Source: Spirochaetales bacterium (lineage in GTDB: Bacteria > Spirochaetota > Spirochaetia > DSM-27196 > SLST01). Taken from it: 60,779 nt of DNA. The notes below the pieces were generated by a model that saw nothing but the letters and a program-made list of their open reading frames with translations, was not told the DNA's origin and did not search any database. How positions within the stretch are numbered: position 1 is the first letter of the stretch; every line of letters begins with the position of its first letter. The position numbers and the translations under genes were made by a program. Shown here piece after piece: positions 10,496-19,808 of this stretch. Location of the stretch: the NCBI GenBank assembly GCA_007130265.1, contig SLST01000023.1:1-60779 (forward strand), read 5' to 3'.

Positions 10496-11470
10496 ATGAC
10501 CAGCAGAGAGATCGTGACCGCCAATCTGAACCACACCCCCGTCCATCGTCCTGGGCTCAACTTCGACCGCGGACGCAAGGACGACTTGTGCCGAACCGGA
10601 CCGGGAAGCCCGGAAGGGTACGTCCAACGGCGTTGGCGGGATGGGCCGCTCGAGTACTATGACGACGCCTGGGGCAACACCTGGGTCAGGATGGCAGACG
10701 GAAGCCAGAAGGGAGAGATCCACCGTCCGGTGATCGAGGAGTGGTCACAGCTCGACTCGTTCGAGCCGCCGGTCTACGACGTCGATAGGACCGCGACGAC
10801 CATTCGGAAAGGGTTTGCCGACGCCGGCGACCGGTTCCGCGTCGCGGGTATTGGAGGCTGGGTCTTCGACAATGCCCGCTATCTCCGGAAACTCGAGGTC
10901 TACCTGATGGATCTCGCCCTCCATCCGGACGAGGTCAGGGAGCTCAACAGCCGGGTTGCCAGGGTGTACGAAGCGCTCGTCCATGCGGCCGGTCAGGCAG
11001 GCGCAGACGCCATCATGATCGGTGAGGACATGGGGACGCAGACCGGTCTGCTCTTCTCGCCGCAGATGTTCCGGGAGTTCTTCAAGTCAGACTACACCCG
11101 TCTGATGGGTCTTGCCCACGAGTACGGCATGAAGGTGCTCATGCACAGCTGCGGGAGCAATAGGGAGATTCTCGACGACCTGATCGACTGCGGTGTGGAT
11201 GCGTTCCAGTTCGATCAACCCACGGTCTACGACATGGACGAGCTCGCCGCCCTCTTCCGGCGACGAACCGTGGCTCTCTACAGTCCGGTCGACATCCAGA
11301 AGGTCCTCCCGACCGGGGACCGCTCGCATATCGAGGCGCAGACGCGCCGCATGTGTCGCATCTTCGAGGGCTGTCTCATCGTCAAGAACTACCCGGACCT
11401 GGCCGGCATCGGTGTTGAGGAGGAGTGGGACGATTGGGCCTACCAGGCCGTGCTTGAGATGTCGGGCTGA
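10496..11470 (+). CDS. Uroporphyrinogen decarboxylase (URO-D) family protein, MtaA/CmuA-like methyltransferase fold
   Basis: IMIGEDMGTQTGLLFSPQMFREFFKSDYTRLMGLAHEYGMKVLMHSCGSNREILDDLIDCGVDAFQFDQP is typical of URO-D family proteins. TAGAAT ends 6 nt upstream of the ATG. Confidence 0.8.
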   Translation: MTSREIVTANLNHTPVHRPGLNFDRGRKDDLCRTGPGSPEGYVQRRWRDGPLEYYDDAWGNTWVRMADGSQKGEIHRPVIEEWSQLDSFEPPVYDVDRTATTIRKGFADAGDRFRVAGIGGWVFDNARYLRKLEVYLMDLALHPDEVRELNSRVARVYEALVHAAGQAGADAIMIGEDMGTQTGLLFSPQMFREFFKSDYTRLMGLAHEYGMKVLMHSCGSNREILDDLIDCGVDAFQFDQPTVYDMDELAALFRRRTVALYSPVDIQKVLPTGDRSHIEAQTRRMCRIFEGCLIVKNYPDLAGIGVEEEWDDWAYQAVLEMSG

Positions 11471-11503
11471 GCGAGGTATCATCGGTATCGAGGAGCTAAG
11501 CAA

Positions 11504-12022
11504 ATGACAGTACAGCCGCGAAGACTTATCGTCACGACGATTCTCATTGTCGCCCTTGTCGCCCCCGCGAGCGTATTCGCAGGAGTCGGCATAGGAGCCG
11601 CCGCATACTCGGATACGCCGATCCTCGCCGCCTCGGACGTCAACCGCGACCTTCTGGACGGTTCGTTCAGCTTCGGCGCGAACGGACGGATCAAGTTTGA
11701 CTCACTCATGCTCGACGCCCTTGGGCTGTATGCCACCGGCGAGGAGTCGATCGACCTCTACCTGACGGCACAGCTTACGGGCGACTTCCTCTCGTTTCTG
11801 CGCCTTTCGGCGGGGATAGGCCCGGCTATTCGGTTTCCGCTTGCGAGTAACGACGAGATCTCAGTCGACTGGATCAACGCCAAGTTCGACGCCGACCTGA
11901 TCCTCTTCAAGCGGTTCTCGGTAGGCTTGAGCTTCCAGTATCTCATCCCGAGCTCGGACGTCAACGCGATTGATTTATCGCGGGCACGAGGTCGGATCGG
12001 CGCCTCCGCGCTGATCTGGTAG
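11504..12022 (+). CDS. Secreted hypothetical protein, probable small outer-membrane beta-barrel
   Basis: Signal peptide ILIVALVAPASVFA, alternating hydrophobic pattern, C-terminal aromatic residue (..ALIW). SD GAGGAG lies 8 nt upstream. Confidence 0.6.
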   Translation: MTVQPRRLIVTTILIVALVAPASVFAGVGIGAAAYSDTPILAASDVNRDLLDGSFSFGANGRIKFDSLMLDALGLYATGEESIDLYLTAQLTGDFLSFLRLSAGIGPAIRFPLASNDEISVDWINAKFDADLILFKRFSVGLSFQYLIPSSDVNAIDLSRARGRIGASALIW

Positions 12023-12034
12023 GCGACGGGACGG

Positions 12035-13054
12035 ATGACGTACCGCCAACTGGGACTCTCCGGTCTCAAGGTCTCTGAGCTCTGCCTCGGAACCATGACC
12101 TTCGGCCACGGAACGACCGAGTCCGAGGCGAAGGAGATGGTAAGCCGCGCGTTCGACGCCGGAATCAACTTCTTCGACACGGCAAACTCGTACGCTGATT
12201 CGCAGTCGGAGGTGTTCCTCGGCAAGGCGCTGCGGGACCGCCGTCGGGAGGCGGTCGTCGCTACCAAGTTCTACAACCCCATGGGCGAGGGTCCGAACGA
12301 TTCGGGGATGTCCCGATACCACATCATGAATGCCATCGACGACAGCCTCACACGCCTTGGCATGGACCACGTCGACATCTACTACATCCATCACGTCGAT
12401 CAGCAGACCCCGATCGAGGAGATGCTGCGCGCGCTTGATGATCTGGTCCGTCAGGGGAAGGTTCGCTACATTGCCTGCAGCAACTACGAGGCGTGGCGTC
12501 TCATGGACGCGCTCTGGACCTCGCGGGCGAACGGCCTGTCGGAGTTCGTCTGTTATCAGCCCCAGTACAGCCTCGTCGTACGCGACATAGAGCGTGACCT
12601 CATCCCTGCCTGCCGCCACGCGGGTCTCGGGGTCGTGACCTGGTCACCGCTGGCCGGAGGATTTCTGTCGGGGAAGTATCAGCCCGGCGAGCGCACCCGG
12701 CCGGGGGCACGATCGGAGGCAGGGTGGGCGTACCCGATCGACTACTTCGCGGACAACGCGGACGAGACGTTGCGGGCGCTGCTCGATGTCGCCGCGCGAC
12801 TCGACCGGACTCCGTCGCAGACGGCGATCCGCTGGGTTCTCGAGCAGAGCGGTGTGTCTTCGGTGATCATCGGTGCCCGTACGCTTGAGCATCTTGAGGA
12901 CAATATCGCGTCAACCGGCTGGAAGCTTGCCCCCGAGGCCGCCGCGGAGCTCTCCGACGTCTCCGCGCCGCGTATCGCCTATCCGGAGGCGATGGAGTGG
13001 CCGCGCGACGCGGCCCGACTCTCCGCGATCAGGAGTCACGGTGCCGGGCCGTGA
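12035..13054 (+). CDS. Aldo/keto reductase family oxidoreductase
   Basis: MTYRQLGLSGLKVSELCLGTMTFG...INFFDTANSYADSQSEVFLGKAL...DIYYIHHVD...GKVRYIACSNY are classic AKR motifs. Confidence 0.9.
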   Translation: MTYRQLGLSGLKVSELCLGTMTFGHGTTESEAKEMVSRAFDAGINFFDTANSYADSQSEVFLGKALRDRRREAVVATKFYNPMGEGPNDSGMSRYHIMNAIDDSLTRLGMDHVDIYYIHHVDQQTPIEEMLRALDDLVRQGKVRYIACSNYEAWRLMDALWTSRANGLSEFVCYQPQYSLVVRDIERDLIPACRHAGLGVVTWSPLAGGFLSGKYQPGERTRPGARSEAGWAYPIDYFADNADETLRALLDVAARLDRTPSQTAIRWVLEQSGVSSVIIGARTLEHLEDNIASTGWKLAPEAAAELSDVSAPRIAYPEAMEWPRDAARLSAIRSHGAGP

Positions 13055-13994
13055 CACGGGCCTTGCCGAGCGAGTAGGGCTGGTCGGGGCCGGGGCGGTC
13101 GGAGCGTCGCTCGTCGCGATGATGCTCGACGCCGGTGTGCGTGTGGCCGTGATCGCCAACGGAGAGCGCGCCGCGCGATTGCGCGCGGAGGGGATCACGG
13201 TCAACGGCACGAAGTACCATCCGCCGGTAGACGAAGGGGGCGAGCAGGGCGGCTACGATCTGGTCATCGTCGCCACGAAATCGACGCAGCTCGACGAGGC
13301 GCTGCAGCTTATCGTACGGGCGGCAGGCCGCGACGGGGTCATCATGAGCCTTCTCAACGGTATCAGCAGTGAGGCGATTATCCGCGATGCGCTTCGGCTC
13401 GAAGGGACGCCGCCGGAGTCGGTCGAGAGGCGCGTAGTCCCGGCGATGATCCTCGGTATCGACGCCACGCGCTGCGACGACGGGATAGCCTACCTGAACC
13501 GAGGCACCGTCTACTTCGGGGCCGACCCGACCGTCGCGCCGATTCCCGACTCAGCGCTCGAAGCGATCGAACGCGTCTTCGCAGCGGCAGGCATCCCGGC
13601 GTCGCGGAGCCCGGATATCACGAGGACGCTGTGGTGGAAGTTCATGATCAACGTCGGCATCAACCAGGCGTCGGCCATCCTGCGTGCACCCTACGGGCTC
13701 TTCCAGCGCTCGAATCACGCGCGTGACCTCATGGTCGCCGCAATGGAGGAGGCGCGCACCCTCTCGGATCTGGAGGGCGTCGGTCTGACACGGTCCGACA
13801 TTGATCAGTGGATCACGACGCTTGCGGGGCTCAACCCGGAGGCGAAGACCTCCATGGTTCAGGATGTCGAGCAGGGGCGACCAACCGAAGTCGACCTCTT
13901 CGCCGGGACGGTTCTCGAGCTTGCCTCGCGACACGGCGTCGAGGCCCCGGTCAACCGCGTCTTCTTCCAGCTGCTGCGAGCGATGGAGAAGTAG
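13041..13994 (+). CDS. panE: 2-dehydropantoate 2-reductase (ketopantoate reductase, PanE/ApbA family)
   Basis: VGLVGAGAVGASLVAMML Rossmann motif and LWWKFMINVGINQASAIL. The start is uncertain: I chose the GTG at 13041 (14-nt overlap with the AKR). The ORF-track start at 12873 is deep inside the AKR gene. Confidence 0.8.
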   Translation: MPGRDTGLAERVGLVGAGAVGASLVAMMLDAGVRVAVIANGERAARLRAEGITVNGTKYHPPVDEGGEQGGYDLVIVATKSTQLDEALQLIVRAAGRDGVIMSLLNGISSEAIIRDALRLEGTPPESVERRVVPAMILGIDATRCDDGIAYLNRGTVYFGADPTVAPIPDSALEAIERVFAAAGIPASRSPDITRTLWWKFMINVGINQASAILRAPYGLFQRSNHARDLMVAAMEEARTLSDLEGVGLTRSDIDQWITTLAGLNPEAKTSMVQDVEQGRPTEVDLFAGTVLELASRHGVEAPVNRVFFQLLRAMEK

Positions 13995-13996
13995 AG

Positions 13997-14350
13997 GTGC
14001 ACAAGCTCGTCTTCTTCGTCCCGTCCGAGTGGGCTGAGCCGGTCAAACAGGCGGTTTTCGGCGCGGGGGCAGGCGCCTATGAGCGCTACGATTCCTGCTG
14101 CTGGCAGACTTCCGGGACCGGACAGTTCAGGCCGCTCGCCGGCAGCAACCCCTACCTCGGCAGACGGGGCGAGGTCGAGTACGTGACGGAGCTTCGCGTG
14201 GAGATGGTGTGCGACGACCACGCTGTTCGACCCGCGCTCGAAGCTCTGCTCGCGGCCCATCCGTACGAGGAGCCGGCCTACGAGGTGTATCGCATCTGGA
14301 CCGCCGGAGACTTCATGTGCTCGACTCGTCGGAACGCACCTGGCGGATGA
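13997..14350 (+). CDS. NIF3/YqfO-related small PII-fold protein (stand-alone insert domain)
   Basis: VHKLVFFVPSEWAEPVKQAVFGAGAGAYERYDSCCWQTSGTGQFRPLAGSNPYLGRRGEVEYVTELRVEMV...AHPYEEPAYEVY matches the conserved ~100-aa NIF3-insert family. GTG start after GGAGAAGTAGAGG. The 3' end overlaps the convergent ABC gene. Confidence 0.65.
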   Translation: MHKLVFFVPSEWAEPVKQAVFGAGAGAYERYDSCCWQTSGTGQFRPLAGSNPYLGRRGEVEYVTELRVEMVCDDHAVRPALEALLAAHPYEEPAYEVYRIWTAGDFMCSTRRNAPGG

Positions 14351-16223
14351 GCTCGTCGGGGATATCGTCGAACGATGCGTAGTTCATCGTGTAGAGCCGG
14401 GCGTACAGCCCCTCCCGGTCCATGAGCTCGTCGTGCGTCCCGATCTCGACGATCCGGCCGTCCTGGAGCACTACGATCCGGTCCGATCCTCGAATCGTCG
14501 AGAGGCGATGGGCGATCACGAGACCCGTGCGGCCCTTCAGTAGTCGTTTCAGTGCGTTCTGGATGAGTTTCTCGGTGTAGCTGTCTATGTTTGCGGTCGC
14601 CTCGTCGAGGACGAGGATCTTCGCGTCGGCAACCAGCGCGCGCGCGAAGCTGATCAGCTGTCGCTGCCCGTGTGAGAGGTTCCCACCGCCCTGCTCGAGC
14701 GGCGTGTCGTAGCCGTCCGGCAGCTGCATGATGAGGTCGTGCGCGCCGACCGCGCGTGCGGCCGCCTCCACCTGCTCCATAGTCGCGTCGGTCGTGCGGT
14801 AGCGAATATTCTCGAGGATCGTTCCGGTGAACAGGAAGGGCTCCTGGAGGACCATCGCGATGTGCCGGCCGAGCGAGTGCTGGCTGACGTCGCGAACGTC
14901 GTGTCCGTCGATCAGGATCCTTCCATCCCAGATGTCGTAGAACCGGTGGGCGAGCGCAGTGATGCTCGTCTTTCCTGAGCCGGTAGGGCCAACCAGCGCA
15001 ACGGTCTCGCCGGGGTTCACCGTGAAGCTGATGTCGGTGAGGATTGGGCGATCCTTCTCGTAGCCGAAGGTCACGTGGTCGAACTCGATCTTGCCTTCGA
15101 TCTCTTCGAGCTCGTGGGCATCCGGCTTGTCCGCGACGTCGACCTTCACGTCCATAACCTCGAAGATACGATTCCCGGACGCCATGGCCCGTTGCATGAC
15201 GCTGTACTGCATCGTGATCGATCGGATCGGCGCGAAGAACCGCTGCACGTAGAAGATGAAGGCGACCATCACGCCGAGCTCGAGCGTTTGGTTCAGCACC
15301 ATGGTGCCGCCGGCGACGACGACCACCGCCATGGCGACGCCGGTCAGCGTATCAACGATGGGAATCATGATCTGCGCGAACCGCGTCGCGCGCAGCTGTG
15401 ACTCGAGGTTGGCATGCGCCTTGTCGTCGAAGAGGACATAGTTGATGTCCTCGCGCGCCATTGCCTGCACCGTGCGGACTCCGTTTATCGCCTCGGCGAG
15501 CGCTCCGTTCGTGGTTGAGCTGGCAAGCCGCGCGCTGACGAACGCCTCGCGAGCCCGCGGGAGCCAGACGAAGCGCACGATGAAGAGAAGCGGCACGATG
15601 CCGAGTGTCATGAGCCCGAGCGGAAGGTTGAGCACGAGGATGACCGCGATGATGCCGGACAGGAGGATCACGTCGCCGACGGCGAATATCGAGGACTCGA
15701 GGAACTGCTGGAGCGCGTGCACGTCGCCCTGTAGCCGCGACATCAGCCTGCCCACTTCCGTCTTGTCCATGAAGGAGAGCGAGATGCGCTGCAGGTGGCC
15801 GAACATCGCCTTGCGCATGTCGAAGAGCACTCGCTCGCCAACCTCGCTCGCAAGCCGCTCCTGAGCATAGTTCGCCGCGTAGTTGATCAGGATGACCGCG
15901 CCGAAGACGGCAGCCGCGATGTAGAGGGCTGTCCGGCTTGCCTCGGCGCCCACGAGGGCCTGATCGATCGCGTTGCGGATGATGAGCGGCACTGCGAGCT
16001 GGGTCGCGGTGAACAGCAGTACCCCGACGAGCGCGAGGAGCAGCTGTTTGCGGTAGGGTCGAACGAAAGGGATAAAGCGCTTCAGGACGTGGGGGTCGAA
16101 GACGCGGCCGAACAGCTGCTCTTCCTGGTTGACTTGCGACCCGACTACCGCGAGCGGCGGGCGTTCCTCTTCCGGGATGCTGTAGTCGTGAAACTGCTCG
16201 CGTATTCGGTTTGGTGACGACAT
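14313..16223 (-). CDS. ABC transporter, fused permease/ATP-binding subunit (type I exporter, downstream partner)
   Basis: Six-TM exporter domain, then Walker A GPTGSGKTS, signature LSHGQRQ and Walker B ILVLDEATA. The ATG at 16223 lies 4 nt after the upstream partner's stop. Confidence 0.9.
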   Translation of the reverse strand: MSSPNRIREQFHDYSIPEEERPPLAVVGSQVNQEEQLFGRVFDPHVLKRFIPFVRPYRKQLLLALVGVLLFTATQLAVPLIIRNAIDQALVGAEASRTALYIAAAVFGAVILINYAANYAQERLASEVGERVLFDMRKAMFGHLQRISLSFMDKTEVGRLMSRLQGDVHALQQFLESSIFAVGDVILLSGIIAVILVLNLPLGLMTLGIVPLLFIVRFVWLPRAREAFVSARLASSTTNGALAEAINGVRTVQAMAREDINYVLFDDKAHANLESQLRATRFAQIMIPIVDTLTGVAMAVVVVAGGTMVLNQTLELGVMVAFIFYVQRFFAPIRSITMQYSVMQRAMASGNRIFEVMDVKVDVADKPDAHELEEIEGKIEFDHVTFGYEKDRPILTDISFTVNPGETVALVGPTGSGKTSITALAHRFYDIWDGRILIDGHDVRDVSQHSLGRHIAMVLQEPFLFTGTILENIRYRTTDATMEQVEAAARAVGAHDLIMQLPDGYDTPLEQGGGNLSHGQRQLISFARALVADAKILVLDEATANIDSYTEKLIQNALKRLLKGRTGLVIAHRLSTIRGSDRIVVLQDGRIVEIGTHDELMDREGLYARLYTMNYASFDDIPDELIRQVRSDESST

Positions 16224-16227
16224 GGTG

Positions 16228-18063
16228 CTACACTTCCTCCGTAGGGTTGGATTGCAGCTCGAAGAGCGCGTGGTACCGTCCTCCGGCTGCCAGGAGCGAC
16301 TCGTGCGTGCCACGCTCTACGACGCTCCCGTTGTCGAGGAACAGGATCTCGTCGGCGTGCATCATCGAGCTGAGGCGGTGCGAGATCACGATCACGACGG
16401 AGTCTGCTGCCTGGTCGCGAAGTGACGACAGGATTCGCTGTTCGGTCGCGGCGTCTATGGCGGCAGTCGAGTCGTCGAACACGAGAATCGCCGGCTGCAT
16501 GAGCAGGGCCCGCGCGATCACCAGCCGCTGCCTCTGTCCTCCGGACAACGACACCCCGCGTTCGCCAACGAGCGTTCCGTACCCTCGCGGCAGGTCATGG
16601 ATGTAGCTGTGAAGCTGCGCCGTGTTCGTTGCCGTGACGATCCTGTCGTAGTCCGCCCACGGATCGCCGTAGGCGACGTTATTCATGATTCCCGAGGTGA
16701 AGAGAAAAATATCCTGCTGGATCACGCTCACCGCCGAGCGCAGTGATTTCAGCGTCACGTCGCGGATATCCTGTCCGTCGATAGTGATCCTGCCGTTGGT
16801 GACGTCGTAGAACCGAGGAACAAGGTGGGCTATCGTCGACTTGCCGGCGCCCGGGGGACCGACTATCCCAAGGGTCTGTCCGCGGTGAAGCTTGAAACTG
16901 ACATCCTCGAGCACCGGGACGGTCTCTTCGCCGAGCTGGTAGTCGAAACTGACGTGGTCGAACTCGAGGACGGCGTCTTTGACCTCGAGGTCCGACGCCA
17001 GCGGACTGTCCTTGATGTCGGGTTCCTCGTCGAGCACGGAGAACAGCCGCTCTCCCGACGTGGTCGCGCGGGCGATCGAGTTGACCAGAAGCCCGAGCTG
17101 ACGAACAGGCATCTGGAGCACCGTCATGTAGGCGAGAAACTCGGTGAGCGTTCCCACGGTGATCTCGCCCGCGAGTGTCTTCTGCCCCCCGACAAACAGG
17201 ACGAGGCCCATCGACACGTAAAACGCAAAGCTCATCACCGTGCCGTTGCCGACGCGGGTGCGAATCCGCTGGGAGGTGATCTCCATCGCTTGCGAGCTCG
17301 CCTTGTCGAACTTGCCCATCTCGTAGTCCTGCGCCGCGAAGGCTCGCACTACCCGGATGCCCTGGAGGTTTTCTTCCATGACCCGCGTCAGGTAGGAGAG
17401 CCGTTCCTGCAGACGATGCCAGCTTTCGCGCAGCGAGAGCCGGGCATCAACTGCGCGCCAGCCGACGAACGGGACGAAGCTGAGCGCGAGGAGCCCGAGG
17501 AGCCAGTCCGCGCTGAGCAATCGGTACGATCCGATGCCGATCAGGAGGGTGAGCAGAATGACCCGCATGATACCCGTATTGACGAAGAGCCTCACTCCCT
17601 CCACGTCGAGCATGCCTCGCGTAATGAGGTCTCCGCTGTGCGCGTGGTCGTGGTATCGGAAGTCGAGTCGCTGGATCTTGTCGTAGATCGCCATGCGCAG
17701 TTCGTAGCCGATGTGCTGACCCACCGACTCTCCGAGGTAGTTGTGCAGCATCGTAAACAGACCACGGAGAACACTCGCTGCGAAGAGCAGGAGCCCCGTC
17801 GTCAGGAGGGCCTGTCGGGCGGCGTCGAGCGTATCAGCGTGACCGAGCATTCCGTACGCATTGTCGACCGCGGTTCCGAGAAACTGCGGAATGTAGAGCT
17901 GGAATACGACCGCGACGACGAGCGCGGCCACCGCGACTGCCATCCGCCACGAATAGTGCAGGGCCATGCGCCCTACCCGAACGACGACGTCGAATCCTTC
18001 TACCATTTTCCGGAACGTGAACCGACCGGACTCCCGCGGCTGTGCTTCTGTCATGGATCTCAT
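16228..18063 (-). CDS. ABC transporter, fused permease/ATP-binding subunit (type I exporter, upstream partner)
   Basis: Walker A GPPGAGKST, signature LSGGQRQR, Walker B ILVFDDSTAAID. Start taken at MRSMTEAQ (18063). The ORF-track extension to 18306 overlaps dus on the opposite strand. Confidence 0.9.
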   Translation of the reverse strand: MRSMTEAQPRESGRFTFRKMVEGFDVVVRVGRMALHYSWRMAVAVAALVVAVVFQLYIPQFLGTAVDNAYGMLGHADTLDAARQALLTTGLLLFAASVLRGLFTMLHNYLGESVGQHIGYELRMAIYDKIQRLDFRYHDHAHSGDLITRGMLDVEGVRLFVNTGIMRVILLTLLIGIGSYRLLSADWLLGLLALSFVPFVGWRAVDARLSLRESWHRLQERLSYLTRVMEENLQGIRVVRAFAAQDYEMGKFDKASSQAMEITSQRIRTRVGNGTVMSFAFYVSMGLVLFVGGQKTLAGEITVGTLTEFLAYMTVLQMPVRQLGLLVNSIARATTSGERLFSVLDEEPDIKDSPLASDLEVKDAVLEFDHVSFDYQLGEETVPVLEDVSFKLHRGQTLGIVGPPGAGKSTIAHLVPRFYDVTNGRITIDGQDIRDVTLKSLRSAVSVIQQDIFLFTSGIMNNVAYGDPWADYDRIVTATNTAQLHSYIHDLPRGYGTLVGERGVSLSGGQRQRLVIARALLMQPAILVFDDSTAAIDAATEQRILSSLRDQAADSVVIVISHRLSSMMHADEILFLDNGSVVERGTHESLLAAGGRYHALFELQSNPTEEV

Positions 18064-18136
18064 AGGCAAGTACTCTATCCTACCCGCCCTCCGCAGAAGG
18101 TGCAATCGCCGAGTCGCCGCGAGCCTCGACCCACGG

Positions 18137-18165
18137 TTGTCCGGACCCTCGCGCGTCCGTAGTAT
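18137..18165 (+). promoter_or_regulatory. Candidate sigma70-type promoter of the dus operon (TTGTCC-N17-TAGTAT)
   Basis: -35 at 18137-18142 and -10 at 18160-18165. The GTG start at 18172 is only 6 nt downstream and there is no SD. Confidence 0.4.
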
Positions 18166-18171
18166 TGACCT

Positions 18172-19200
18172 GTGGAACCGCTCTGGCGGCGATTGCCGCG
18201 TCCAATTCACATCCTCGCGCCGATGGAAGACGTCACCGATACCGTGTTTCGTCGGATCGTCGGACTCTGCGGGCGCCCGGATCTCTTCTTCACCGAGTTC
18301 ATCCACACCGACGTCGTGCTTGCGAAGCGTCGCGGCCGGCCCGGGGTGACGCCGCGGCTCGTCTATTCACCCCAGGAGCTTCCCCTGGTGGCGCAGATTT
18401 GGGGCAACGATCCATCCGCCTATGCGCGAGCGGCGAAGCGACTCGCGTCGATGGGGTTCAGCGGGGTCGACATCAATATGGGATGCCCGGTTCGCAAGAT
18501 CCGGAAGAAGGGTGCGTGTGCCGGTCTCATCCGCCGTCCGGCGCTTGCCGCGGAGCTCATCGCCGCAGCGAAGGAGGGCGGGTTGCCGGTGAGCGTAAAG
18601 ACGCGCACCGGATACGATCGCCACGATACCGAGCGATGGGTCGCACACCTGCTGCTGCAGGGAATTGACGCGCTGACCGTGCACGGACGCTACGCGGAGC
18701 AGGAGAGCGACGAGCCGGCGAACTGGAACGAAATAGGTCGCGCGGCGGCGATCGCCCGCGAGCTGGGAGTGGAGACCGCTGTCGTCGGCAACGGGGACGT
18801 GACGAGCCGCGCCGAAATTGCCGAACGATGCCGGGCCTATGGCCTCGATGGGGTGATGGTGGGCCGCGGCGTCTTCGTGGATCCATACCTCTTCGCCGCC
18901 GGCGAGCGCGCCGGAACGTTCCCGCGCGCGGATGCGGCGCAGAAGCTCGACCTCCTGCAAGCTCATCTGCGGCTCTATCGCGACGTATGGGGCGCTACCC
19001 GGAACTACGAGATCCTCAAGAAGTTCTACAAGATCTACCTTACCGGCTTTCCGGCCGCCGAGTCGCTTCGCGCGCGGCTGAACGCGACACACGACTACGA
19101 GGCGGCCGAGGCCGTCATCGCGGATTTCCTCCGCGGCATCGGCGAATGCGACGTCGCGGCCGGCGGAGCTTCTCGTGCGGAGACGAAGGTGCTACGATGA
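18172..19200 (+). CDS. dus: tRNA-dihydrouridine synthase
   Basis: ILAPMEDVTD, DINMGCPV, TVHGR and GNGD motifs of the Dus FMN-binding TIM barrel. Confidence 0.9.
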   Translation: MEPLWRRLPRPIHILAPMEDVTDTVFRRIVGLCGRPDLFFTEFIHTDVVLAKRRGRPGVTPRLVYSPQELPLVAQIWGNDPSAYARAAKRLASMGFSGVDINMGCPVRKIRKKGACAGLIRRPALAAELIAAAKEGGLPVSVKTRTGYDRHDTERWVAHLLLQGIDALTVHGRYAEQESDEPANWNEIGRAAAIARELGVETAVVGNGDVTSRAEIAERCRAYGLDGVMVGRGVFVDPYLFAAGERAGTFPRADAAQKLDLLQAHLRLYRDVWGATRNYEILKKFYKIYLTGFPAAESLRARLNATHDYEAAEAVIADFLRGIGECDVAAGGASRAETKVLR

Positions 19201-19808
19201 GCGGGATGAGCTTCGATTATCTGCGCGAGCAGGGGATCACCAACTCGCGGGTGCTTGCGGCGCTTCGTCGCGTGCCGCGCGATCGGTTCGTGCCCGACAG
19301 TGAGCGGGCGCGCGCATTCGAGAACCGGCCGCTACCGATCGGCTGCGGCCAGACGATCTCGCAGCCGTATATCGTCGCTTTCATGACGCAGGCACTCGAC
19401 ATCCGGCCGCACGACCGCGTTCTCGAGGTCGGCACCGGCTGCGGATACCAGACGGCGGTACTCGCGGAGCTGACCGACGACGTCTACTCGATCGAGATCG
19501 TACAGGAGCTCGCGAAGCGGGCGCGCGAACGGCTCGAGCGGCTCGGCTACACCACCGTGCGTACCCGAGTGGGGAACGGCCGGGACGGATGGCCCGAGGC
19601 GGCGCCCTTCGACGCGATCATCGTCACCGCCGCCGCCGACGAGGTGCCGCCTGCGCTTGTCGACCAGCTCAACCGCGGAGGACGACTCATCATTCCGGTC
19701 GGGAAGAGCCCGGCTGCTCAGGAACTCGTACTCGTTCGCAGGAACGACGCCGGACGAGTGCGCACCGAGTCGCTGCTCCCGGTGCGGTTCGTCCCCCTGA
19801 CCGGATAG
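19197..19808 (+). CDS. pcm: Protein-L-isoaspartate O-methyltransferase
   Basis: GCGQTISQPYIVAFMTQAL...VLEVGTGCGYQTAVLAEL...GGRLIIPVG. ATGA overlap with the dus stop. Confidence 0.92.
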   Translation: MSGMSFDYLREQGITNSRVLAALRRVPRDRFVPDSERARAFENRPLPIGCGQTISQPYIVAFMTQALDIRPHDRVLEVGTGCGYQTAVLAELTDDVYSIEIVQELAKRARERLERLGYTTVRTRVGNGRDGWPEAAPFDAIIVTAAADEVPPALVDQLNRGGRLIIPVGKSPAAQELVLVRRNDAGRVRTESLLPVRFVPLTG

